DNA of 62,848 bases, filler included, from Octopus bimaculoides (Eukaryota), in assembly GCF_001194135.2 (NCBI RefSeq). It is 6 parts of 5 records of this genome, joined end to end, with 100 filler letters (N's around TTAATTAATTAA, not from the genome) between each part and the next. Parts side by side here need not be neighbours in the genome. Positions count along the whole stretch, not along the records: positions 47,320 to 56,660 come from NC_069002.1; positions 56,761 to 60,324 come from NC_068983.1; 4 more parts are not named here. One strand, written 5' to 3'. This document shows, in pieces, positions 48,828 to 60,424 of the stretch; within the stretch, counting starts at the first letter, position 1, and each line of letters starts with the position of its first letter. The position numbers were made by a program, and so were the translations under genes. The notes beneath the pieces are model-generated. The model was not told the DNA's origin. It did no database searches and saw only the letters and a list, made by a program, of their open reading frames with translations.

Positions 48828-49064
48828 CATCATTATTACATCTAACATACTTGTTGTTAGAGGTGTAATTAATATATCCACTGCTCATTTCCTGTGAACT
48901 AATTGGTGCATTTACTCATTCTTTACTCTAAGTTGAAAAAGTCAAAAAGACTGAAACCGGTACTAAAATGTTCTTTATTTTAGCATTTTCTATCTTGTCC
49001 TATTTTCCTTATACATATCAACTCATATGTTACTTTTCAACTTTCTACATACATACATATATAT

Positions 49065-49385
49065 CATCATCATTGTCATTTAACATCCACTTTCCATGCT
49101 AGCATGGGTTGGACGATTTGACTGAGGACTGGCGAACCAGATGGCTGCACCAGGCTCCAATCTGATCTGGCAGAGTTTCTACAGCTGGATGCCCTTCCTA
49201 ATGCCAACTACTCCGAGAGTGTAGTGGATGCTTTTATGTGCCACCGGCGCAAGGGCCAGTCTGGCGGTACTGGCAACGGCCACGCTCAAAATGTGCCACC
49301 TGCACAGGAGCCAGTTCAGCAGCACTGGCAATGACCTTGCTCGAATATTTTGTTCACAAGCCACCGGCACAAGTGCCAGTAAGGT
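49065..49385 (-). mobile_element. SINE family C
   Basis: tttaacatccactttccatgctagcatgggttggacgatttgactgagg...ggatgcccttcctaatgcc...gtgccaccggc modules. Confidence 0.9.
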
Positions 49386-50199
49386 GAAAGGGTAAAATCA
49401 TAAATGATTTTTACCAAGTGGTCAGCGCGGAAATAAAACCTCATAAGTAAATTTTATAAATATTTTATAATTATAACAAGGGCTTCGTTTGTGCCTCGTC
49501 CATTACAAACACAAGCGCTAACCCCAAACCAATGAACTGATACCTGATGGAACTTTCTTGACCATAAGTGAACGATATTAAGACCAGCTGAGAGTCAGAC
49601 AACATAAAAACTGGGGGCATGAAGCTCAAGTTCACTCCAACCTTTCTATAGGTATATATTATGGGAATGTGTTGGGGGTAGGGGAATGAAATAAAAATAA
49701 TAGAGGAAGAGCTAGAATGGGTAGCTTTAGAATAGGGGGAGGAGGAAGAGGAGGAGAATAAGTATAAGGTGAAGAAGATGAACAAAATGAAGATAAAGAA
49801 AGCGAAAAGGGGAAGAAGAAAAGAAAAGAGCAGAATGAGGAGAAGGAAGAGGTATTAGAAATAATTGGCTAAAATTAAATTCAGTGATTCTATGTAAAAG
49901 CTAATTTGATGTACGTGGAGTGGAGTTCCAAGTTCTGAGATTTGACAATATCTTGGCACGGAAGAAGGAAAACCAAAACAATAAAAGACATATATTGTTG
50001 TGTTGGTGTGAAAACTACCAAGACACAAACATAATAATAAAAAAAAATGGTTTTTCAAAGAAATATTGTGAGATAAAGAATGTCCAGAACAACTAATGTC
50101 TGCAGCAAATGAACAAAAACATTGTTAAAGACCACATCGATTGTTGCTATTCTTGTTTGTTTGTTGTTGTTTCATCAGAATTGTGTTTATATGTTGAAT

Positions 50200-50410
50200 G
50201 ATAATTTTTATGGTAACTCAGTCATAAGGCTGTGGCCATGCTGGAGCACCACCTTGAATCTTTTAGTTGAATGAATCAACTCCACTAGTTGGGGTTTTTT
50301 GGGGTTTTTTTTTTAAAGCATTGTACTTATTATATTCATTTCTTTTGCTGAACTGCTGAATTATGGGGATGTAAACAAACCAACACCAGTTATCAAGTGA
50401 TGGTGGGGGG
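50200..50410 (-). mobile_element. SINE family B 3' half (another head at 50650-50730, + strand, runs into the gap)
   Basis: ggccatgctggagcaccacc...tacttattatattc...gtaaacaaaccaacaccagttatcaag. Confidence 0.75.
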
Positions 50411-51714
50411 GGGGACAAACGTAGGCACAAAAACACGTGGATAAACGTGCATAAACAGATATTCATTGAAGCAATGTGAAATGAAAAGCTTTGCTCAAGG
50501 ATACAATTCATTGCCTATGGCATTCAGACCAGTGACCTGGTTTCAGGCTAACGTCTTCTCTCTCCCCCAACACTCCACCACTAGTCTTGGAGGCCCTGAA
50601 AGAGTCATAAGCACTGCCTTTCCCCTGACCAAAAATGAAGAAAAATATATATTTGCACGGCTATATGATAAGAAGTTTGTTTCTCAATCACATGGTTCCA
50701 GGTTCAGTCCCACTGCGTGGCACCTTGGGCNNNNNNNNNNNNNNNNNNNNNNNNNNNNNNNNNNNNNNNNNNNNNNNNNNNNNNNNNNNNNNNNNNNNNN
50801 NNNNNNNNNNNNNNNNNNNNNNNNNNNNNNNNNNNNNNNNNNNNNNNNNNNNNNNNNNNNNNNNNNNNNNNNNNNNNNNNNNNNNNNNNNNNNNNNNNNN
50901 NNNNNNNNNNNNNNNNNNNNNNNNNNNNNNNNNNNNNNNNNNNNNNNNNNNNNNNNNNNNNNNNNNNNNNNNNNNNNNNNNNNNNNNNNNNNNNNNNNNN
51001 NNNNNNNNNNNNNNNNNNNNNNNNNNNNNNNNNNNNNNNNNNNNNNNNNNNNNNNNNNNNNNNNNNNNNNNNNNNNNNNNNNNNNNNNNNNNNNNNNNNN
51101 NNNNNNNNNNNNNNNNNNNNNNNNNNNNNNNNNNNNNNNNNNNNNNNNNNNNNNNNNNNNNNNNNNNNNNNNNNNNNNNNNNNNNNNNNNNNNNNNNNNN
51201 NNNNNNNNNNNNNNNNNNNNNNNNNNNNNNNNNNNNNNNNNNNNNNNNNNNNNNNNNNNNNNNNNNNNNNNNNNNNNNNNNNNNNNNNNNNNNNNNNNNN
51301 NNNNNNNNNNNNNNNNNNNNNNNNNNNNNNNNNNNNNNNNNNNNNNNNNNNNNNNNNNNNNNNNNNNNNNNNNNNNNNNNNNNNNNNNNNNNNNNNNNNN
51401 NNNNNNNNNNNNNNNNNNNNNNNNNNNNNNNNNNNNNNNNNNNNNNNNNNNNNNNNNNNNNNNNNNNNNNNNNNNNNNNNNNNNNNNNNNNNNNNNNNNN
51501 NNNNNNNNNNNNNNNNNNNNNNNNNNNNNNNNNNNNNNNNNNNNNNNNNNNNNNNNNNNNNNNNNNNNNNNNNNNNNNNNNNNNNNNNNNNNNNNNNNNN
51601 NNNNNNNNNNNNNNNNNNNNNNNNNNNATATATATACACATACATATATATATACACATACATACATACATACACACACATACACTTATGTAAATATATA
51701 TATATATTTAGTCT

Positions 51715-51930
51715 TGCAAGTACTTGGTGACCCTGTCAGTGCTGGTGCCACTTAAAAGCACCCAGCCCACTCTGCTGAGTGGTTGGTGTTCAAAAGTGCA
51801 TCCAGCTGTAAAAATCCTGCCAAAACAGTCACAGAAGACTGGTGCAGGCTTCTGCCTGGACGGCTCTTCTGAAACCGTTCCACCCATCCTAGTATGGAAA
51901 GCAGACATTAAACGATGATGATGATGATGA
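51715..51930 (+). mobile_element. SINE family C 3' part
   Basis: gtgccacttaaaagcaccc...gcatccagctgtaaaa...gtatggaaagcagacattaaacgatgatgatg. Confidence 0.8.
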
Positions 51931-52569
51931 ATATATATTAAATTAATAATAAGGAGAAAAGAGATTTTTGTATCCAATTTTATTCTGCTGTCAATCACGT
52001 CTTTCCATTTCTGCACCTACATATGTTTCTGCTGCAATTTTGCCTCTTGTTGTGCATTTTGGTCTTAATTGCCACTTCTTCAGAGTGCTATTGACATTGC
52101 TTAGGATCCCGATCTGAACCAAATACAAGTCCAACCAAAAAAATGTTATATACATGGTTTTAGTATTTTAAAAATAGCTAAAATTCTAACTTTTTCGACT
52201 CCGCTGCTTAGAAAAACAAGTGACGAGCTGTCCAAGAATGGATCCATAATCAGCAAATGTGTTTTATCCTTCGAATGGTGAATGGTACAATGCTTTCTAA
52301 CAGGTTACTTAGTGTATGTTGATGCTATTGTTGTTACTATTATTATCATCCCTATCACTACTACTACCGCTACTACTCAGTACTATTTTTGTTAATACTG
52401 AGCAATTGTTCTATTATCTAATTTGCTAATTTTATAATTCAATTAAATTTATGAATATTGTTAATTTAATTCCCTTATTATTCTTTTATATTTAAGCTTA
52501 ATTTAATCAGCTTCTCTGTTTGCTACAGTTTACTTGCTTTATATTCCAATTTTAGTATTACGTATCATT

Positions 52570-53100
52570 CAGTCACTTAAATTAATTAAATGTACGTTAA
52601 GACTAATGAACACATCAAAACGTGCTCTTGCGTCTATGGTTTATTAATTTGTATTTTGATGCAAGAATCTGGTAAATTTCTTCAACCCACAAATCATACC
52701 ATTTGCTTCCTTTACTGTATGGTTTGGCTCTACTAATTATTTCCCAGATAATTTCATTTTCCTTATTATCATCTTTTATTTACCAAATTAATTTGCTTAA
52801 GCTAGTATTATTCTTATTTTTGCTGTCACTAAATGAGTTTTCGTGATTGGCAATTCTTCTTTTTATATATGGTTCTCAAGCGCCAACGTAATAATATGTC
52901 TGATGTTCTGCGATTACCTTACACCTATATACTGTTTCCTTAATTTTACAGTTAGATTCAAGAGAGCATAATTTATTGGTTGTGCAGTCACATTTTTTAT
53001 CCCTAACTCTATTTTTTATATCTTCTTTTCCTTCCTGATTATTTATATTTTTATGTTTGCGCTGTTCATCTTCTAAATTACATTCCCTTTTACATTCTAA
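52570..53100 (-). mobile_element. Naiad-like Penelope element GIY-YIG endonuclease fragment
   Basis: Indel-free frame KKCDCTTNKLCSLESNCKIKETVYRCKV..YYYVGA*EPYIKRRIANHENSF..TSLSKLIW*IKD..IIWEIISRAKPYSKGSKWYDLWVEE. Confidence 0.8.
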
Positions 53101-53141
53101 TTTACATACATACATATATACATACATACATACATATATTA

Positions 53142-53199
<58 letters not shown>

Positions 53200-53378
53200 A
53201 AAAATGAGTTTAAAGGGATATATTATCGTAGCAGTTACCATGTTTCCTCTTAATTTGGTCTCAGACACCAGGTTGCATATCTAACAGTGTGTGGTTGATG
53301 CAGTTGAAATTCACGTAGGTCCAGAAAAGGATGCTGTAAATAACTGTTTAATAAAACTATGAATGTGAAAAATCTCCA

Positions 53379-53775
53379 TGGTAAGTAGCTTGCTTACAAA
53401 CTACATGGTTCTGGGTTCAGTCCCACTGTGTGGCACCTTGGGCATGTGTCTTCTACTCTAGCCTCAGGCCAACCAAAGCCTTGTGAGTGGATTTGGTAGA
53501 TGGAAACTGAAAGAAGCCCATCGTATATATGCATATATATATGTATGTATGTGGTGTATTTGTTTGTGTGTCTGTGTTTGTCCCCCAAACATCGCTTGAC
53601 AACTGATGCTGGTGTGTTTATGTCCCCGTAACTTAGCGGTTCGGCAAAAGAGACCGATAGAATAAGTACTAGGCATGCAAAGAATAAGTCCTGGAGTAAT
53701 TTGCTCAACTAAAAAGTGGTGCTCCAGCATGGCTGCAGTCAAATGACTGAAGCAAGTAAAAGACTAAAAGAAAAG
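53379..53775 (+). mobile_element. SINE family B, near full length
   Basis: High similarity to 45875-46272. Confidence 0.95.
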
Positions 53776-53789
53776 AATATATATATATG

Positions 53790-53932
53790 CCAGGCTTCTT
53801 TTAGTTTCTGTCTACCAAATCCACTCACAAGACTTTGGTCAGCCTGAGGATAAAGAAGACATTTGCCCAAGGTGACATGCAGTGGGACTGAACCCAGAAC
53901 CATGTGATTGGCAAGCAAGCTTCTTGCCACAC
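53790..53932 (-). mobile_element. SINE family B 5' half, inverted relative to its neighbour
   Basis: ggcttcttttagtttctgtctaccaaatccactcacaag...cagtgggactgaacccagaaccatg. Confidence 0.9.
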
Positions 53933-54295
53933 ATTTATTTTTAGAATGACATTGCAGCATAAGAATAAGAGACTGCATCTAGCCAGTTTGAACATAAAAC
54001 AGGAAGAAAATTTTGGCTGGATGTGGCCAGATTAAATGCTAAAGAGTTAACCTGCTGGGACTGCTGTTTCGGGGTGTGAACAGGATTAAATGTCCTTTGG
54101 AGTTTCAAAGACCTTTCCTCTGCCCCACAACCACATTTCAAAACCCCTGCCTACTCAAGAAATACTGTCATTACTATGAAATGATTTCATATTCATCTGC
54201 TCTGAGTAATTAGTGATTTCCTTTCAAATTGAAACTTCAAATGGTTTTGCTTTATGTCCTGCGTTCATTGAAGTAGTAGTAGTAGTAGTAGTAGT

Positions 54296-54326
<31 letters not shown>

Positions 54327-54364
54327 GTAGTAGTTATTTCTATTATTATTTTCCCTCTTCTTTC

Positions 54365-54468
54365 AATTTTGTTTCCATTTCTTGTCGAGTGTCTTCCAGA
54401 CACCTAGGGCAAAGAAACTCGCTGTATTCATTGGTAGGACATTAAAATAAACACACCAGATTGAAAAT
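54365..54468 (-). mobile_element. Short 3'-UTR fragment of R4/Dong-like subfamily 2 beside (TAA)n
   Basis: gagtgtcttccagacacctagggcaaagaaac...ttggtaggacattaaaataaacacaccagattg, then a TTA run. Confidence 0.75.
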
Positions 54469-54494
54469 TTATTATTATTATTATTATTATTATT

Positions 54495-54870
54495 ATCATT
54501 GTCGTCGATATCATCATCATCATCATCATCATCGTCATCATCATCATCGTCATCATCACCATAATCTTCATCATCATCATCATCATCATCATCTTCATCA
54601 CCATCATCATTATCATCTTCATCCTCTTCATCATCTTCATCACCATCATCATCATCATCATCCTCTTCATCATCTCCATCCTCTTCATCATCAAAGGAAA
54701 TGAAGTAAACTAGGCTCCATTCTATGTTCTGCTTTCCATTTTAATAACATAGCTCATGCAGCTTAGTTTCTGTCATCATCATCATCATCATCATCATCAC
54801 CACTACCACCACCACCACCACCACCACCACCACCATCATCATCATCAACATCATCATCACTATCATCACT
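54495..54870. repeat. (CAT)n/(CAC)n microsatellite field
   Basis: Direct reading. Confidence 0.95.
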
Positions 54871-55221
54871 GGAAGTGATTAAAGAAAACAGAGATTATTT
54901 GCAATTGAAGTCCTCTATCATTCCAGCTGTGTTGATAAAAATGGTAGAAGTGAGGTGGGGATGGGGTGGTTTTGGTGGTGGTGGTTTTGGCAGTGGTGGA
55001 AGAGCAGCAGTGGTGGTGGCAGCGGTGGTTATGGTAGAGGTAGGGATGGTGACTGAAGGAGGGCAATATGAATGAGTTTCGAAACCTCACAAACTGGAAA
55101 GATCCATGCTAATTGGAAGAAATGGAAGAATTAATCTCAGTCTTAATACATCTTCGTTGCCTCTGAGACTATTCATTATGTATTTGTTGTTTCAATGTTG
55201 TAGAAGGAATATTGGTAGAAC

Positions 55222-55428
55222 ATGGGGGGGGGGGCTGAAAAGTTCCTGGCTTTTGGGTAAAAGAAAATACAGGATCTTCAATTAATTTATGATTTTATTC
55301 AACATATTCCCCTCTTAGATTCACATATTTATTACAACGGTCCTTCATGTTTTCTAATCCCTGTAAAAGAACTCAAAAAGTTGGGCCTCCAACCAGGACT
55401 TTCGTGATACCCTTAAAGCCAGGAACTC
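55222..55428. mobile_element. Mariner-type MITE copy 1
   Basis: gctgaaaagttcctggcttt...aaagccaggaact TIRs, same family as the copy at 55779. Confidence 0.8.
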
Positions 55429-55778
55429 ACGAAATGTGTAGAACAAAAATATACGAAGTAAGAGTACATGGAATATGAACTATTCTTTCGAACAACGAAA
55501 GACACAAATGGAAAACAAGACAAACAACATAAAGAACGACCCTTCATCAGTTGTTGGCTGTTTTTCTACTCTCGTATTTCGAGCATTTAACAACAATATA
55601 CACTTTTGATAAAACAGTTGCTCCCGCAAAGCAAATTAAATAATATTTGGGATTTTGTGGAGGGTTAAAATAGGTAGCACAAACAGGACAGTGAGAACAA
55701 ACAAGAAGGGCTGCTAAGCCTAAATGAGGTTGTGGTGGTGAACGCGTAAATCAAGCTAGGACAGGAGACACACACACA

Positions 55779-55931
55779 CGAGGGGTTCTTGAAAAGTTTT
55801 TAACTTTGGGTAAAAGAAAATACAGGAGGATCAAGTTTATCTAAGCTTAGTAAAAGAACTTAGAAGGTTGGGCCTCCAACCATGCCCTTTACAATACTTT
55901 TAAAGCCAGGAACTTTTCAGCACCACCTCAT
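55779..55931. mobile_element. Mariner-type MITE copy 2, internally deleted
   Basis: cgaggggttcttgaaaagtt...gggtaaaagaaaatacagga...aaagccaggaacttttcagcaccacctca-TA. Confidence 0.8.
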
Positions 55932-55974
55932 AATTACGTAGTCAACACATTTAACACACTACCTTCATTTAATT

Positions 55975-56232
55975 CTAGTACACCATAAACTATACCCCAT
56001 ACAATATGCTATCATATGTTGTACTACAGTACACCATACAACTACACACTATAGCACAATGCACGATACTATGCCATAGAGTATCACTACAGTACCACAT
56101 CTCTGTTATAAACTGTACTGTACTATATGGTATCATTACAGCACTACAAATCTGCCATACAGTTTCATTATAGTACTACAGTTCTATCATAAACTCTACT
56201 ATACCGTATAGTACCACTATGGTACTACAGCT
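55975..56232. repeat. Degenerate ACTAC/TACAG-type short-period satellite
   Basis: Recurrent tactacagt, actata and gtaccac words. Confidence 0.6.
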
Positions 56233-59200
56233 CCCCTGTACCCCGTTCTAATAGATACATCAAAGCTACTATCATGTGAGTGTGTATGCATACACATACA
56301 CACTCACATACAAACGCACTCATGCTCACATACATAAACATACACACCTACACATGCATATATCATCATCATCATCGTTTAATGTCTGTTTTCCATGCTG
56401 GCATGGGTTGGACGATTTGGCAGGATATCCAGAGGTAATGCAGTACGATCATTTCAAGCGACTCCATTTAATTGAACAATGCAATCATTACATCAATTTA
56501 AAATGTAGAGCGACCCTTAGCTGCACAAAGACATAGAATTAAATTAAATTAAATCAGATGGACAGATTAGTATAAATTTACCTAAAACCTCCAAGAAGGT
56601 AAGGAGATAGACAAAGAAGCTACTAAGGTATCAAGAAAAAAGACTTGTTAGAGATCTAATNNNNNNNNNNNNNNNNNNNNNNNNNNNNNNNNNNNNNNNN
56701 NNNNTTAATTAATTAANNNNNNNNNNNNNNNNNNNNNNNNNNNNNNNNNNNNNNNNNNNNTATATATATATATATATATATATATATTGTGGGGTGCGAT
56801 ATAGAACATGACAGAGAGTATAAAAGCATGAACTAATATAAATACTGTTACTATGTCATTAACTGTATAGTTACCCACAGTACTCCTTAAGGGTCATAGG
56901 GTCGTTTTTTGGTTTTTCCTTGATGGAGGTCTCGGTAGATATTGATGCAAGTATAAAATAATATATAATATTAATTTACACATTTTGATGTACAATTTCT
57001 GTTTTTTTTTTTTTTTGTGTTTTTGACAATATTCAGCGATAAACTCTCATTAATAACATGTAGATGCTTAGTTCAAAAGGTGCTTTTCTAGCCGATATGC
57101 AAGAGAACATTTTGTCTTGAATAAATTTAAGACATATGTTTAATACATTGCAGAGAAAAATTTACTTTCCCCCTTAAATAAATATTGCTGTTAATCTTCG
57201 AACAATGTATTAAATCAATGGAATGCAGAACACACATATAGTTCGTGCTTTCAGAATCATAATTATATGAAGAGTATATGCAATGGATAATCAAATTGTA
57301 TAAATAAAAACAAAGAAATTATTTAGTATATTAAATGAAATTCCTGTAATTTGTACGTCAATTCTTTGTTAATGAACATGAATGTCTAGTAAATGCATCC
57401 ACCACAAATTACTTTAAGTGGATTAATTTTGACTTAATTCTTACATTTGTGAATATAATTTTTAATATCAGTTACGCAGTGAAATAAAATAGCATCATAA
57501 AAATGAAAAATAAAGAATTGATATTATGATAAAATCATTCAAGAAAGCACGCATAAACGCGTCAGTGCATTAGGATCGATAGGAAGAAAATTAACTCATT
57601 GTAATGAATAGATATTGATTAAGAGTCTAAACAACACTCGCGTTTTGTTTTGATCGCTTGCTGTTAGTGGTAATTGAGTAATTGATTGAACATCACCTCA
57701 GCATCCAAAGTCATTTTCAAATACAACATATCAATGCAAGTTAATACATTACTTAAGTTCACGTTCCTTCTTTACGTTATTTTTTTTCTTGTTCGGTATT
57801 GTAAAATTAAAACGAAGACAACAAATAAAGGGTTAAATTTATTTCTTAAATTACAGATAAATCACGACCCTCCTGTTCATTTAAAATTTAAATAATAAAA
57901 TAGATTGAGGAAAATAAACTGCAATAGTGATACATTCCGTTTTTATTTAAATTGTTGTTGTTATCAGATATATCTAGTTATTCATATTAAACTCTAGAAC
58001 GACCTGAAGACGATGTCCGCATTCGTATCCAATACTGATAATGTCTGGAAATGAATTAAACGTAATATAAATACTCTGTTATCGGTGCATTCATTTAAAA
58101 AAAGCGAATTTAAATCAGTAAAAATATGATTATTAGCGCATAAAACAGACATTTTAGTATTGCATTCAATAGATTGTGATTCCATTTGTTATAGATTAGA
58201 TTCTCTACTCTAGATCAGTTACCGTTGAATCTTTTTGTCTATCTACTCCAGATGATATGAATATATATTACAATGCATTCTTAAGAAAGAGATAACTAGG
58301 AGTGGAATGTAAATGCTTTAATTAAATCAATATTAGTTATTTAACTCGACACAAAAAAAAATCTGAATAATCACTAAGTTATCTATTTGTAGATGTGTAC
58401 CGTTAAAATTAGCTCAGTCTCAGATAAATATATACAGATATTTCCTGAAGTTTGAAATTAGAACGTAACAAACACCATTGTCTGTTGCTAAGTAACAGTC
58501 AATTTAGAGAAATAATAGTTAATGTAAGTATCATTGAAAAGCGAACTGGAATATATTATGCGAAAAGAAAAAAATAATTTAATCTTATCGACAAGTACAG
58601 GAAACAATTCTGGACGGGTTTCGATATATTTCCGGCATTATCAATGAAGCATAGATTTCACTATAACTGCCAATATATTGACGAGAAAATTACTAAGTAA
58701 ATGTACATTAGTTGATGTAGAAAATTTCAAGTGTTTACATTATAAATTATTCGGAGATGCCATCTGCAAGAAAAATAACTGTCAATTTAGTGTTAGCATT
58801 GTTTAATGAAAGAAGTAGTTATAGACTGGATATAATTTCAGAGAGCGAATGGAAAAATACGATTAGTCTCTCGCTAAAATGATTTCAATCATTTTGGCAT
58901 GTGTAGGAGATAATACCGGATATAGTCCAGCCTTGCTCTATCCTCATAAAAGAAGCATATATTTTATCGTACTTCTGGAAATACTCACCGGATTATCACC
59001 TATGGAAATGTACAAAATTTTACAAAAATGCAAAAGAAAACTAGTGTTGTTTAAGTTATATATTAAAGTACATGGAAAATAATATGGTTGATATTTTTGA
59101 TAGATGGAAGCAAGCTGTTTCATTTATATTTAGAAATGTATATGTAAAATTTATAAAACTCTTGGCATCTGATTAAATATGTCATCAAGTTGAATGTATT

Positions 59201-60424
59201 GATATTATTTCTATCCAATGTAATGAAGTGAATAAAAGTTTAAACATTAGAAGAAGCTCTTGAACTCAAAGATATTCTATTATCAAATGTAGTCAACAAA
59301 TATAAAGAAAACTTTCAATTCCACTGACGCTCTGCTATGATCTAACTTTATCACACTTTGTACCAGATAACATCTTACAGATGTGATACAAGCCATAAGA
59401 TATGTAAATGTATATACTCAATTGTGATCAGGCTTTCATATATCTGAAACCATTCAAAAGTATATGAGAATAGCTTATTTCAATTTGATTTAAAGCATAT
59501 ACATCTGGCTGAGTACTGCAAGCCTTTCTGACAGATAATTACTCATAGTTAAATTTGAAACAAAACCTCAAATGTTAAATATGATAATGCATCGTAGTAA
59601 ATTTCATCGATCGCATGAATTAACGTCTCATTTTATCGATACTTGGAACCGCAATCTGCTTTATTGCTTGCGAAACTCAAACTGTTAATATTCGTCAAAA
59701 TGCTGCAATAGATTTGAAGAAATATTTTTCTCAGAATAAAACAGCCTGTAATACAGTTTGATATAAATTTCTGTTAAATGGCCTCCCAGACATTATGAAA
59801 AAGAATAACAGAATAATTAAAACAATTATAACAAAGACAAAATTACAAATAGAACCAACGTCGGTAGTAATGACTTGTATTAAGTTACTCGACTAAGTTC
59901 ATGAAGGAATTTAAAAATACATGTAGTATGATACAATATATCCTCCATATATATCTAGTAGATACATATACATACTTTAGTCATGCAGGATGTGCATGTA
60001 TTTCTGGACTCGACTTGATAAAAAGTGATGTAATTCATGAACGGACGAACAGATATTCTGACTTTCTAGGAGAGAATACACAAGCATAGGCGTTGAATAA
60101 GTTTTAAATTATGAAATGAATTTACGCATGGGTCACATAACCTAAGATATACCAAAACATAGATAGACAGTTACAAAGATATTGGGATACATAGATGAAT
60201 CAACTGATAGATAGGTCGGAGGATAGATAAACAGATGGATAATAACATAACTAGGTAGATACATATGGATGCACAATGTAAGTATACATCTATCTATCTA
60301 TCTATCTATCTATCTATATATATANNNNNNNNNNNNNNNNNNNNNNNNNNNNNNNNNNNNNNNNNNNNTTAATTAATTAANNNNNNNNNNNNNNNNNNNN
60401 NNNNNNNNNNNNNNNNNNNNNNNN

